NCBI GenBank assembly: GCA_964016885.1
Contig: OZ024745.1
Location: forward strand, 96,844,001-96,908,000
From: Eledone cirrhosa
Lineage: Eukaryota
Direction: 5' to 3'
Length of the DNA: 64,000 bases
Part shown: positions 1 through 14,528 of the stretch, in pieces
Layout: each line of letters opens with the position of its first letter
Position numbering within the stretch: position 1 is the stretch's first letter
The notes under the pieces: generated by a model
Seen by the model: only the letters and a program-made list of their open reading frames with translations
What the model was told of the DNA's origin: nothing
The model's database searches: none
Translations under genes and position numbers: made by a program

Positions 1-46
1 TGTGAGGGAGGTAACTCTTGTAAATGTTTGATGGTTTGTTGCAGTT

Positions 47-1236
47 TTAGATTGGTCCAAATTTTAGAGCATTGAGTAGTGGTTGAAATTTATTAATGAA
101 ATGTGTTTCCTTATTGGTACGTTGGATGAAAGTAGCGTTGTCTATGAATTTGTAAATGGGGAAAATTTTATAGTTTGGATGTTGGTTGAGAGCACAATTG
201 GCGATATGTTCACTAAATGCAATCTTTCTGTATTTCTGTATTTTAATTTGTGATTTATGGACGGTCATACGTTGACGGAGGCTGTTTTTTGTCTGTCCTA
301 TGTAGTGCTCTTGACAACCTGAGCAGGTCAAAACATAGATAAGGTTTTCAGATGCACATGTAAAGTTGTGTTTAACTGTGAAACGTTGTCCTTGTTTAAA
401 ATGGAATGTTGAACCTTCTATTAGATTTATGCATATGCCACAGTTGGGCCTTCCGCATTTTGTTACTGTAGGGTTCATTGTGAGGGTTTGTTGGATTTTG
501 GCTTGTGTGAGGATGTTTTTTATGGATTTGGGTTGTCTTTTGCTCTTTATGATGTTGTGTGTTTGAAGGATATTGTTCATTCTTGGGTCTCTTTTTCGTA
601 AAGGAATGTTCTGGAGGATGGTGTGGAATGCCTCATTGTTGAGGGTGTTGTGTGTGGAGATGTATGGTAGAGTTTTTTGTTGCGGTTCATTCCTGGGTTT
701 GGGGTGTCTGAGTTCCTGGATGTCTAGTTTTAGGGCACGTTGGAATCCATTGGTGATTAGGGATGGTGGGTAGTTTCTGCTGATAAGTGTGTTTTTTAAT
801 TCTTCTAGTCGTGTGTAGCATGTGTATTTATCTGAAACTATTGTGCAGATCCTTCTGGTTAGATTATAAGGAATTGCCATTTTGGTGTGTCTAGGGTGGC
901 ACGAGTTGAATGGAAGGTATTGTTTGGAGTCTGTGGGTTTGTAGTATATGTCTGTTTCTATTTTGTTGCTTGTTTTCTTGATGAGGATATCGAGGAAAGG
1001 GAGTTGTTCATGGCTGTAATCCATTGTGAATTGTAAGTTAGTGTTGCGTCCATTCAGAAGGGTTTTGAACTCAAACAGTCTATCTATACTTTCATGCCAG
1101 AAGATGAAGCAGTCATCCAGATATCTCTTCCAGTTCGTTTCTATGTGTTGGTAGAAGTGATTGCCGTATTTGTCTAAAACTTTGCGGTAGAGAATGGTTT
1201 ACAAATATCCCATGACAAGGTTGGCGTATGAGGGGT
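47..1236 (-). pseudogene. 5'-truncated Penelope-like element (Neptune-type): RT C-terminal half + Cys-rich linker + GIY-YIG endonuclease
   Basis: Frame upstream of ORF 47..1024 reads PSYANLVMGYL*...WKRYLDDCFIFW. The ORF has LPFLDI, SCHP, CGRPNCGIC, LIY...YIGQT...R...H. One premature stop near 1200. Confidence 0.9.
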
Positions 1237-2150
1237 TGGCGTTGATGTGGCTCCTACGTAAAGGGGTTCAGAGTTGGGGGTTTTTACTCTACATCCGTAT
1301 ATTAAGTTCTTCCTTAGCCATTCATTACTAAGGGGGCATAATGTGGGGCTCTGCAGTTGCAGGAAGTGGTCGACCACCGAGTGCCTAATGTGGGGTTCCC
1401 GTTGCGTATTATAGGTTGGTCATCTCCCGGACGCTGTGGGGGGGTCCCTGGGCCTGTTTCGGTTCCCAGGGTGGGTACTGGGTCCACCCTTCCTTCCCTC
1501 CACATGGCTCTGTGGATGCTTATATTGCCAGCTTCTGGTTGTGTGTAGTTTTTAAGTCTACCACTATTGATGCTAGGTATGTGCTGGGCTACATTTCGCG
1601 TGGTAGAATACGAGAGCTTCACAGTGTGACTGTTGAAGATCTTGTGGTATCTATGGTCCCTCGGGAAGCATTTATCTAGTGCTCTAAAGAATGACCGGGC
1701 CAGGCTGCTCTTTAGGGCCGCTGAGTAGGGTGGGTTGTACCACGTGATTTTTCTACGTCTATTCATATGTGGGTGGGTTGAGCGTGCTGTGGGCTGTTGG
1801 GGAGCTGTTGGGTTGCTAGTGGTTCCCGCATTGTTGCTTCCCCTTTGGGCGTTATGTGTTTTGCTAGCTTCCCGGCTCGTACCTGTGGGATGGTTGTTGC
1901 CCACGCTGGGTGTTTTGCAATGGGATGATCCTCCATCCGTCCCGCTTCGTCTCTTGCAGTTGGGGGCGTCGGGCCCGGGGTGGTTAGTATCACCCCTGGG
2001 ACCGCTACTCGTACTGGGTTTCCTCCCATGGCTAGGCGTACGCGTTCCTTTCGCTAATGTGGTGGTGTCGGATTCATGGTGTTTAGTGGTTTCCACTTTG
2101 CCTGTACTGTTAGGGTTCCCCCCTCCTGGATACCGTGGGTCGGGGGTTCC
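1237..2150 (-). pseudogene. PLE fragment of the YRDD/WYNPP type (linker and start of GIY-YIG), frameshifted
   Basis: RRRKITWYNPPYS...KIFNSHTVKLSYS, SCNCR, CPL, LIYGC...LYVGATS. Homologous to the ORFs at 37356, 53508 and 58211. Confidence 0.85.
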
Positions 2151-2190
2151 GATGAGCTATCGATATCATGGCGCATCGGATTATAAGATA

Positions 2191-5100
2191 CTAGCATTAA
2201 AGCCCGGCGTTGCTCGGGGTCAGTAAGTTACCAAAGTTAGGTTGACCACCCATTTTATGGCAGCACTTTTTTGTCTGCCAGGCACTGGTTGAATGAATTG
2301 CAGACCTGGACTGCCGAAGCAGGAACTGCGCCAGCAGTGATAATTGTAGTTTCGCCTATTGATATTATCTCTGTGCAAAGAAGTGTTGAAATTTATTGTT
2401 TCACAGTACTTGCGCAACACGCGCGTAGACGATACCAGCCGAACAACAGAGCTGCGATGGAGTTGTTCTGCATGACATGTTTTAACGGGGGAGGAGTGGA
2501 ATGAGGGAACCGCAAACAGGGGCCTGAAAACATTGTCGAATTATGACAACCAAAAAAGAGGAAGAGGGGCCATTGTATGGTTGGTGCATCATGTACGTCG
2601 GACATAGAAGATGAGCCTGCTGCTGTGCCGACGCAGGGAGGGAAATAGAGCTGAGCGGAGGCCAGGTGTTGGTGAAGTGTGTAGTAATTGCAGAGAACCG
2701 CCTAAAAATATAAATCCCGTCATTAAATCATTGTTCACCCTTTGAGAGTCGTACGGAGGTGAAATCCTAACCTGTCCAGGGTCCTCCGAGACCCACCAAA
2801 CGGGAGTTGGTGAGGAGCAACAGCTGATATTTGAGTAGGGTCGGAGTTGCAATGAAGCTTTGTAACGCCGCGAGAATCAGCCTTTGTACGGCAGATGGTG
2901 GGGAGTGTCCAGTGCACTACAGAGAAGGTTAACCTACTTAGAAAGTACTCACGAAAAGGCAAAAAATAAAAAAATAAAAAAGTTATAAAATTAGGAATCG
3001 AGGTAATCCTATAAAACCTCCTTGTACACAATGTTTTTTGTTTTTCCTTGCGGAACGAACGCGAAATCATCACTCTTGCTGCCGACACGCGAGCAGCCAA
3101 CGTAAAGCTGACCATGAGAGAAACACGGCTCCCCCAAATGTATTCCCGCGACAGACAGTGTTTGCCCCTGCGCTTTGTTAATTGACATTGCGAAGCATGG
3201 CCTGACCGGGAACTGGGACCTCCGAAATGTGAAAGGTAGGTCTGCTCCTGATGGGAAAAGATGCATCCTCGGTACGGGCACAACCTTGCCCCGACCGCAC
3301 CCTGTGATTATCGTTGCCTCAGTCAGATTGGGAGCTAAGGACTTAACGACCAAACGTATGCCATTGCATTGTTTCGGCGGAACCAAATTTCGAATGAGCA
3401 TTATAGGTGCACCAACGTGGGGGTAATCCGGGGGGCTCAAAGGAATTTAGTACCTCTATTGGATAGTTGATGACGTCCTCGGGGTCAGGAGTTCTATCGA
3501 TAGACTTATATACGTAGCCATCTCCAGGAATGAGTTTTAGCATTTGATCATTAATATGGTTAACAGTTTTATTCCTCGGGGCCAGAATAGCCCTTTGGGC
3601 AAGCCAATCCATATTCTGATAATTTGCTTGGAGATCTGGGAACACTGCATCCCTGAGATAAGAAGGCGTACTAACAACGGTACAAAGTGAGTCGATGGCA
3701 ATATTACCCTTTTCATCCCCGGGCGTTTTGTCTTCGCCAAGTGCAAGGAGGGTGTGATAAAATGCTGCTGATGCGATATCACCTCGCATATGAGCACGCA
3801 TATTAGTGTGAAGTTTCAGAGTCTTCACCAGGGGCCACAATGCGGATGACTTAAGACACATACATACTGCATCAGCTCTAGTCCCCTTGGGAATAACGGG
3901 AAGCGTTTGCCTGAAGTCCCCTGAAAGAAGAAGTGTTATGCCTCCCATGGGAGCCGTAGAGTCTTTGATGTCTCCCAGAGTTCTATCTAGCGCCTCAAGA
4001 ACACCTCTGTGGGCCATCGTGCATTCGTCCCAAACGATAAGCTTGCATCGTCTGAACACTTCTGCCTGATCGGAGCTCTTACTGCTGTTGCAATTGGGTG
4101 TCTCACTCTTCGCTAAGTCAAGCGGGAGCTTGAAATAAAAATGAGATGTATTGCCGCCCGGCAACAAAGTAGCTGCAATTCCAGATGATGCCACAGCTAA
4201 GGCAATGCCTTCTGTTCGCCTAATCTCAGCTAATATTAATTTGGTGACAAAAGTTTTCCCAGTCCACCCAGGAGCGTCCAGGAAAAAATCCTCCCAGCTT
4301 TGCCCCGGACAGAATTAACAACGGAGTTGTAAGCGAATTTCTGTTCTGGAAGGAGATTTGGCTCATTCTCTGCTATGTACTGGGCAAGCTGGTCAACATT
4401 ATAAGATATCTCACGCAGCAAATCCGAAGACAGAGTGTTTGCGCCTTCCCGGTTTGTTGAAGGTAGGCCATAACCCGCCAACGCACTACCGCCCATATCG
4501 AGAACAGTATCTTCGATTTCAAGCAGCGCCCTGTTGTAAATGAGGTCACTGTACCCGACCTCCATCGATGGGTTTAGCAACTGAGCGTGACGCAGGAAAT
4601 CTTCAGACATGTAATCTTTGTAGCTAAGCCATAAAGAGGCCGGATCACCCAGGTCGCACCATAGGAGTAGATTAACGAAAAGCGATGTTAGTCTTTCAGG
4701 AGATTTCAACAAAAAGCCCTCTGCCATAGTGTCGCCCCATTGTGAATCATCTTCCAAACGGCCACGCCTAAAGCAGGTTTCCCGGAAAGTATCACATAAT
4801 TCACCGTCAACAGTTCTTATGTCTCGAAAGCTTTGTGGGCCAAAAACCTCACGGAGGAGAAGGCGCAGGTGAAAGCACTCATGCTGGTTAGGAGGTACAG
4901 TGTACACTCTTCCTAGACAACTGTCAAACTTGACACCAGGATGTCCTTCAACATCCTGACCTGACTTCCTACGCACCCAAGTGTTGTTTGACCACACGTT
5001 GTAGGACGGGACCTGAGGATATGAAAGTGTTTTTGCAAATGTGTCAAGTTGGCAAAGCGTAAAAAAAAACAGTCAAAGTTGTTTCTTTTGGATTGGCCGC

Positions 5101-6945
5101 CAAATGAGCAGCAGTCTGTTCAGTAAAGTAAGCCCGCTGACCGTTTTCCAAATGAACCGCTAGTTGTATGATGGCGGGGTGCCTTTGGTGAAGTGGAAAC
5201 CCAAATATCCGCCAAAAAGCTTCACCACTGCTGATATATCGACCTGTCAAGTACTCCGAGACCTCGTCCCTGCTATTGTCATTTTGAAGGCCGAACATGG
5301 CAGCGTCGGAACCCTTGTTAACATATTTACATATGTACTTTATCGACTTCACTGAATGACAGAACTCCACATTTATATGAGCGTTGAAAGTTTTTATCAG
5401 AAATGGACAGTACGGGACCACCCACCTATTATCAACTTGATGACCCCGTAACGTCATAGTGAATCCACCGTTCTCAGGCCGCCTTTGTCTGTACAGTGGG
5501 TATCCGTCTCCGCCGCTCTGGATCTCCTCAACAAACCCCCTTGGGTATCGTTTAGTGCACACATGGTCCTTGTGGCATGAGGGGAACTCATGAAAACCGG
5601 GACCGCACGAACCGTGCACCATGTGTGCCTTCACAATGTCGTACAGCTGCCGGTCAACAATGGGGTTCGGTATTTCTGCTGCGATGAGTCATCTAGAACT
5701 GTAGGGTCTATTTTGGTGACCAACCAAACCAAAATGTGCGCGTGTGGCAACCCTCTCTTCTGCCACCCAACAGTATACATGTGGAACCTAACAGGCCCGA
5801 AAACCATCCCTTTTTTTATTAGATCAATTAGCTTAGCCAGCTTCTGCCTGAAAACCCTGGCAATAATATCCTGCCGATGGCAGTACTGCTGCCCTGGGAT
5901 AAGTTCCCGCGTAACCTCAACCCACTTGGGGTTACACGTAAACGTGATGAATAAATCGAGGCGCCCATAATGCCGAACGAACGTCATAGCGTCTTGTGTT
6001 CGCTCGTGCACGTACCCCCCCTCCCCGTATAGGTCGAGGGGAGAATGCACATTTTGCCGATGTTCCGGGGGTCAGTGTCATTCCTGATGCCGTCACGCAA
6101 ATGGATGTAGGAGTCTGAGCGCAGCTGCTTCTGATTCAATTTTATGAAGGACAGTCTCTCCGACTCCATCTTTGCAGCCATGTCAACTGCAAACTGGTGA
6201 AACAGTTCCCGTGACCTGTGCAGGGTGCTGAAATCGTTAGGCCTCGTCATGAAGCGGTATGAGTATAAAGCCATACATGAAACAGTTTTAGATGTCGCAG
6301 CAGTGGGCTCGTTTGGTTTGCGCTGAGGAATTCCAAAATGGTACCCGTCTTCTCCGTATGCAAAAAGAAGGGGATACTGCAGGGCGTCGTATGAACGATG
6401 CGTCTCATTAATACGTCGAAGACCACTGTCACGGCTTTGAAGAACTATGTCTCGCTTATTGTGCTGTTCACCATGGATAACTACGGCCACTTCATTGCAC
6501 GAAGGGACGTTATAACGCCGCGCGTGCTCCCCAGAAGGTCTTTTGTCAGCATCGTTGACAATGGTGAAGTTTGGTGAAGGGTTTGTTTTATATTAGAGGG
6601 GTAAAGCGTCATGTATTTAACGCTTGTCTCTCACTCTCTGGCTCACTCCTTTATTTGTTTCTCTCTCTCTCTCTAAAGGAAATTAGTAAGGAGTGGGTTT
6701 ATAAGCGTATATAAGAGAAGGTTGCAGCATATTTCTTTTTTTCGATTGTTAAGGGGACTAGAGAGAGGATATTAGATTGTATTAGAGGGTTAAGCGTCAT
6801 GTATTTAGTTTTATCGATTATTTCCGTAACTGTGAGTGATCTTGAAAGAAAGAAATAGTCGTTGACCTATCTTAGACCATTTACAACATTCTTACAGACT
6901 TTGAGTCGAATCGATTTGAAATTGTGAAAATGTATAAACATGGAA

Positions 6946-7037
<92 letters not shown>

Positions 7038-7144
7038 TAATGATGTTTTGGCCATGCGCCGCCTTATTTAGAGCTGCGTTGTAATATTCTGCGTTGCTAT
7101 ATATATATATATAATCAGAAATCAGAAATCATTATATATATAGA
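2191..7144 (-). mobile_element. Helitron 1 (both termini present, internally deleted, defective)
   Basis: Minus strand: A|TCTATATAT start at 7144. The 3' hairpin CCCGAGCAACGCCGGG is followed by CTAG|T at 2191. RepHel fragments lie inside. Confidence 0.9.
3009..6570 (-). pseudogene. Helitron RepHel (HUH Rep + Pif1-family helicase), multiple frameshifts
   Basis: LFITFTCNPKW, QKRGLPHAHILVWL, KYICKYVNKG, ASSGIAATLL, IVWDEC, GDFRQTLPV, FAMSINKAQGQT, FSHGQLYV spread over 6-7 ORFs. Confidence 0.95.
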
Positions 7145-7179
7145 TGTGAGAAAAACCACAGACCCTCCATCTCAACTCA

Positions 7180-7217
7180 CCTTTTGAAAAGCAGAAGAAC
7201 TGCGAAACCGGTAAAGG
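7180..7217 (+). ncRNA. Type I hammerhead ribozyme, U3-A8 core variant
   Basis: CCTT-TTGAAAA-GCAG(aagaa)CTGC-GAAAC-cg-GTA-AAGG, with AATAAA just downstream. Confidence 0.7.
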
Positions 7218-7349
7218 AACCAAATAAATATATATATTTTTTAAAAAAATAAGACTTCAGTTGCATTTTCGATTTCATCTCTTTTTCTTTATACTTTCAC
7301 TCGTGTAGGACACCTCGGTTATTTTTCATTTTGTAAAAAAAAACCTCAC

Positions 7350-7397
<48 letters not shown>

Positions 7398-7862
7398 AAA
7401 ATATGGGGAGAAGAATACTGCATGGTTGCACATGGATAACATGTTATAAAATGAGTCCCTCATCAGTGATTTGCCAACGGTTATTGGTATTTCATTGCAT
7501 TAAAAATCACATATATATATATATGTGTATATATATATATTTATATATATATATATTGAAGAGTTAAACAAAATTCAATGAGTATATCAAAGAATGAGTT
7601 TTACAGTAGATTGGAAGTGTTAACACACTTATAAAATTTACAAAACTAATATATAAATAACCACCAATTTAAAAAAAAAACCTAAAGTCTTGATTCTTCA
7701 CCCTAAGATAACATAAATTAAATATTTTCAAACTTAACCGTTTAACTTTCGGAAAAAAATCTCCTTCTGCATACATTACCTCCCTCAACTTTCCATCTCT
7801 CTCTCACTGACTGTTATAATTCATGAAATGCTTTCCTAGATAAATTGTAGTATCATACATAT

Positions 7863-8135
7863 CAAAATCTCTATAACTGGTACATTAAGCAACGTTTTTC
7901 TTACTCACACATTCTCTATTGAATTTATTACGTTTTCGCATTTTCTCATTATTAGGGTATAAATGTTAAATTTTGTCTTAGGTTAATCACTACCTTGATT
8001 AAATCTTAACCATTTAACATCTCAGGGTATGTCATGTATCATTATATTTTGTCTGATGAGGACGTACTGTTGTACATCCGAAATATATATAATAAAATGT
8101 AATTGATCAAATGAACATCTATTTTATTAATACTT
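7863..8135 (+). mobile_element. Non-coding PLE pLTR-like repeat with hammerhead; diverged second copy at 61094-61375 (-)
   Basis: Co-linear with the reverse complement of 61094-61375. Confidence 0.75.
8046..8098 (+). ncRNA. Type I hammerhead ribozyme
   Basis: ATTTTGT-CTGATGA-GGACGTAC(tgtt)GTACATCC-GAAAT-atat-ATA-ATAAAAT. Confidence 0.85.
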
Positions 8136-8735
8136 ACAAGGCCAGTAATTTTTGGAAAGCTAAAGTCAATTAAATCACCCCCAGTGCGTTACTGGTGCTT
8201 CATTTTATCGAGCTCGCCGGGATTTGAACTGAGAATGTGGAGGGCCGTAACTCTATGAAGCCAAGCATGTTGCCTTACGCTCTACCGATACTGCTAATCC
8301 ACTGCCCTTCATAATGATTTCTACTATAGGAACAAAGCCAGCAATTTGAAGAGAAAGTCGATTAAATCGACCCCAGTGTATTACTGGTGCTTTATTTTAT
8401 CGACCCCGTAAGGATGAAAGACAAGGTGAACCTCGGCGGGATTTGAACTCAGATCATAAAGGGGCCTAACTCTAAGCAGCAAAGCATGGCCTCCGACCTT
8501 CTACCGATACTGCCAATTCCCCGTAGTAATAATTGTTTCTACTTTTGGCACAAGGCCAGCAATTATCCCAGTGTATTACTGGTACTTTATTTTATCGACC
8601 CCGTAAGGATGAAAGGCAAAGTGAACCTCGGCGGGATTTGAACTCAGACCATAAAGGATCGTAACTCTTTGCTGCAAAGCATGGCGTCTGACCCTCTACC
8701 GATACTGCCAATCCAATCTCTCGTAGTAATAATAA
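8135..8735 (-). mobile_element. Three tandem copies of the dominant tRNA-derived SINE
   Basis: A box TGGCAGTATCGG, B box GAGTTCAAATCCC, body GCCTTTCATCCTTACGGGGTCGATAAAATAAAGTACCAG, ATT-rich tail. Confidence 0.9.
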
Positions 8736-8955
8736 AGAGCAGGAAGTATCAATATAGCATCATTATGTTTATTCACATGTGACGTGCGTTTCGCGATCGA
8801 TCAAGGTATTGATACGTTTTGGCTTCTTAAGGATACCAACCACAGTTTCATACCAAACGTAGAATACCACATCAGCAACCAGAACCATATTCACATTGAG
8901 TACTCAAACTGGTGAACCAAAAGTAATTAAATGTTACACACCAATAAACTATATA

Positions 8956-9129
8956 CAGTGAAATTCCGTTATAACGAAATTCACGGGGTATAAAAAAATT
9001 TGATGTAACGAAAAATTCTTTATAACGAGATCGACCTAACACATCGAGCGTATGGCCGGGGAATTGAAAAAAAATTCGTTATACTGAAAAATTCGTTATA
9101 ATGGTATTCGTTATAACAGAATTTTATCT
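8956..9129. mobile_element. Tc1/pogo-type MITE; related copy at 18620-18775
   Basis: TA|CAGTGAAATTCCGTTATAACG ... CGTTATAACAGAATTTTA imperfect TIRs with internal CGTTATAACG repeats. Confidence 0.7.
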
Positions 9130-9184
9130 ATATATATTATAAAGAAGGAAAGAGAGGCAGTTTTAAATGTACATCAATTTATAA

Positions 9185-9252
9185 ACCTGTTATACATATT
9201 TCGAAGATGTCAAATTGATTTCATAACTTTGACGTATGCTCATCAGACAGGT
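9185..9252 (-). ncRNA. Type I hammerhead ribozyme
   Basis: ACCTGT-CTGATGA-(stem II with GTCAAA/TTTGAC)-GAAAT-atgt-ATA-ACAGGT. Confidence 0.8.
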
Positions 9253-9667
9253 GCTAAGTTGTAATGTTTTTGTATTTTTATATGCTACTGAAGTTAGGAA
9301 CTTGGTGTTAGTAGTTCACTGCAGTAGGTAGGGGGGGGCTATTTCTGTAGGCAGGCAGAGTGGGAGAGAAATTGCAATGGCAATTGAAAAAGTAACGGGA
9401 AAAAAACGGATAGTTCCTTCTCTTCAGTCAATTTCTGGAAATCCTTGTACTTTCTGTGTATTAAAGTTTTTACTATTCATTCCAGTGCACATGTGACGGT
9501 AACAGAATAATAGAAAGAGATATAGGATAAATTGCACCTTTCGATGAATTACACAAATAAAATGTTTTAAATGCTACAAGAAATGATTCAACTGAAAAGA
9601 AAATGATAAAAACACGGTGCAGAGAAGCTCAGCCAAGAAGAGTGAAATAAAAATAAAGAGTTTAGAC

Positions 9668-9960
9668 CAGGCACGGGCAACCGTTTTGGAGAAGCGGGCC
9701 GCATGAGATATGGCTCATCATCAGGCGAGTCGCAAGCGCTAATTTACATTCGTGCCCACATTAAAAAACAACAGCGGTAACTCAGGTTGTTTTGATTTGT
9801 TTCTTCTGAATTCGTGCACGTTGTTTTCCTCAATCGTAAAAATGAGAGAAAGATAAATTCGACTGAAAAGCTGGTGTAAAAAAAATTCAGAAAGATTTCA
9901 CTTATGTGACTTAGGCGAGCCATTCAGAAAGCTTAGCGGGCCGCAGGTTGCTCATGAATG
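9668..9960. mobile_element. hAT/Charlie-like MITE
   Basis: CAGGCACGGGCAAC...GTTGCTCATGAATG ends, subterminal GCGGGCCGCA motifs, degenerate 8-bp TSD GTTTAGAC/GCTTAGAT. Confidence 0.65.
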
Positions 9961-10093
9961 GCTTAGATTGTAGTCCTATGATGAGAGGGCACAGAACGAG
10001 TGGCGACTTGTTTAGCCTCTGAAAGAAATGGGGCCATATGTAAACAATCTAAGATACAATACGTGGAGAGAATATGAATACGTAGAGACAGGA

Positions 10094-10140
<47 letters not shown>

Positions 10141-10285
10141 AAAGAAAGAAGATTGCAGTAAATGTAATGTGTATTTTTAGATGTCTTACAAAGACCCGCA
10201 CATCGAATAGGATTAAATAAAAGTGAATCGCGCAAAAGAAAGAACGGAAAAAAATCTACAGAAAAGACGAACAATCCTTTATATA

Positions 10286-10871
<586 letters not shown>

Positions 10872-10908
10872 TGGAAAGTATGTGAGATCCTTGGTACAGT
10901 TAGGTATA

Positions 10909-11957
<1,049 letters not shown>

Positions 11958-12015
11958 CACTCGATGTTTAGGTTCACTTCAGTGTCGAGTTGTAGTGCTA
12001 GGCTAACATTACAAA

Positions 12016-12106
12016 GGGGTCCGACGATCCGCGGTTTACAGAGTCGGGTAAGATCGATACAGATCGAAGCTTGAGCTGATCAGTGGCGAAACGCGCGTCA
12101 CCAACC
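12016..12106 (+). ncRNA. Hammerhead-like motif, CCGACGA core, long stem II
   Basis: GGT-CCGACGA-tCCGC...GTGGc-GAAAC-gcgc-GTC-ACC, then AATAAA. The element ends TTTTCAC(TA)n. Confidence 0.7.
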
Positions 12107-12149
12107 AATAAATGTAATGAAGGAGTAAACAATTGCCCTTGTTATCTTT

Positions 12150-12198
<49 letters not shown>

Positions 12199-12330
12199 TT
12201 CCACCACTTGTTTATCTTCATGTTTATTTTTATTTTTATTTTTTTTTATATTTATTATTTTTATTTGTACCCCTTCCACCGTTTTTCCTCCGTTTCCTCT
12301 CCTCCCCCCCTTTTTCTTCCCACACACTTT

Positions 12331-12395
12331 TCTCCTGAAGAAGGGCTTATGCCCGAAACGTCCTCCCCCCCCCGACTCTCAAGAGCGTGAAACTA
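12331..12395 (+). ncRNA. Degenerate hammerhead motif
   Basis: CTGAAGA-aGGGC(ttat)GCCC-GAAAC-GTC. The 3' arm of stem I is poor. Confidence 0.5.
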
Positions 12396-12443
12396 ATAAA
12401 CCTTTGTTCGTACTGCCTCTCTGTTTTGTTCCCGTTCCATTTT

Positions 12444-12517
<74 letters not shown>

Positions 12518-12937
12518 AGGGAACACCTATATATATATGTGGGTGTGTGTGTGTATTTATAAATGTATATTATATATAATCTATATGTTATCAATGTATG
12601 TTGGATATCCACCATATGCATGCGTGTGTGTGTGTGTGTGTGTGTGTATGTCTGTATGTGTGTGTGTGTGTTTATTCCTCGCTATCTTGTTGGAAAGATC
12701 TAGAAATCTAAGCCATTACTGAGACGACACCGACCTCGTTTTCGTGACAGTTACTGAGATCTGTTGATACAGCTATGTACTGTTAGTACGGCGTTGATAT
12801 TATCAACATATCTTCCGTACTCAACCTGCTTTCACGCACACATACATACACATACTCACAAACGCACACACAAACACTCACACGCAAACTCAAATACAAA
12901 CACTCACACACATGCACGTTCACATACAATACACACA

Positions 12938-12975
<38 letters not shown>

Positions 12976-14132
12976 TAGACATATCAAGATATTGATTCCA
13001 AATAAATATATAAATTATATGGATATTTATATATATATATATATAGTAATAATAATAAATTTGAAGACTAAAATCCAAAGAGGGCTCGATAAGGATAAAT
13101 ATATATCAAATATATAAGAACCGTAGAGCAAATATTTATTAAAATAACAGATTAAAGTTTAAGCAAAGAATCGCTGCTTTCACCCTTAACGGGATCTTCT
13201 GAAACTAACAAAGTCAATCTGTAAACGCAGAACTGGATATTTCAAAAAACGTTGCAACCGGAGGAAGACAGGAAGACGATACTTTGGTTCGTGGAAACGT
13301 TCGCTGGCTAAGAACGGGAAAAAACGAATATAATACGTCATTAATAGGAGCGGTGAAAAGCAATTACGCACAAAGACAGAACCACGTTTATGGTATAAAA
13401 GAGGTCGTAGACTAATGTTCTCTTAGGTGGTGCATAGAGACGTTCTCTGGCAATGAACGAAAAAAAACGAAGATAATACGTCATATGTGGAGCGTGGAAA
13501 ACAATAGCACGCAAAGACAAAACCACGTAAATGGTATAGCAGAAGTCGTAGACTAAATTCTAACTAGGAGACCGAATGAATCTCCGCTACAGAATTAAGA
13601 ACAAAGTAAATAAATACAATACAGAAGTAATAGAAATAAATAAATACAAACACGCAAACAAATACGTACAAACATACGCAAAAACTTACCATAGGTAAAC
13701 AAAACCACGCACATATAAATATGTGTGTGTGTGTAAGTGTGTCTACAAATAAATAAATAATTATATAAACGTATATAAATAAATAAATACGTATATAACA
13801 AGCGCACACACATACCTACATGTAAATACACGAATATTCGGAGACGTAAGTCAACCAAAACATGAAGTACACATATACACACGCCCGACATACGTACGAA
13901 CCTGCATACTCACACAGACGCAAAACTCCCGTATACACATAGCCGAACCATATGTACCAGAAATATAAAACAATTTATACGCCATAACAATCAAGTATAC
14001 GTACGCGAAGGTATACGTACCTTCACAAAACATACGGATAATATATACTTACCTATGCAAATAAGTAAAGGTATAAACAAACATATACTTAGCTCCCACA
14101 TCGAGACGTAAAATATCCACGTATAGATCGAA

Positions 14133-14528
14133 CTATCCGTTAGGGTATAACGTGGGGCTGTAATACAGGAAAGTTTTGTGCAATTTATGTTTACAAGCCG
14201 AAATTTCCTCAGATTTTTTGTTTAAGATGTGGTCTGTGGCGTAGAGTATTTCCAGGGCCTCAGCGGCGCAGAGGTCACATGGTCTTTTATTTCCGTTATA
14301 CGATCTAGCCCTAGCTAGGATCTCCCAGTGTAACTTATATTGGGTGTGGTTGTCTTTTAGACTCCAGATATAAGCTGAAAGTGACGTCATATTCCTTCTT
14401 AGAGGGTAACGAAAAGAATGGGTATGCATGTAAAGACGCTGCTTGAATCTATTGGCGGTTAACCCTATGTAGGCCCTACGGGACGTGGGTGTTACAACCT
14501 TACATTTGTAGACAATGTTACTAGAGAT
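14133..14528 (-). pseudogene. PLE GIY-YIG endonuclease domain fragment
   Basis: NIVYKC...AYIGLTANRFKQRLYMH...TSLSAYIW...CDLC...LNKKSEEISACKH. Confidence 0.92.

Noticed and set aside
1735-2226. Antisense ORFs overlapping PLE and Helitron coding fragments
   Set aside because: Shadow frames of GC-richer TE coding sequence.
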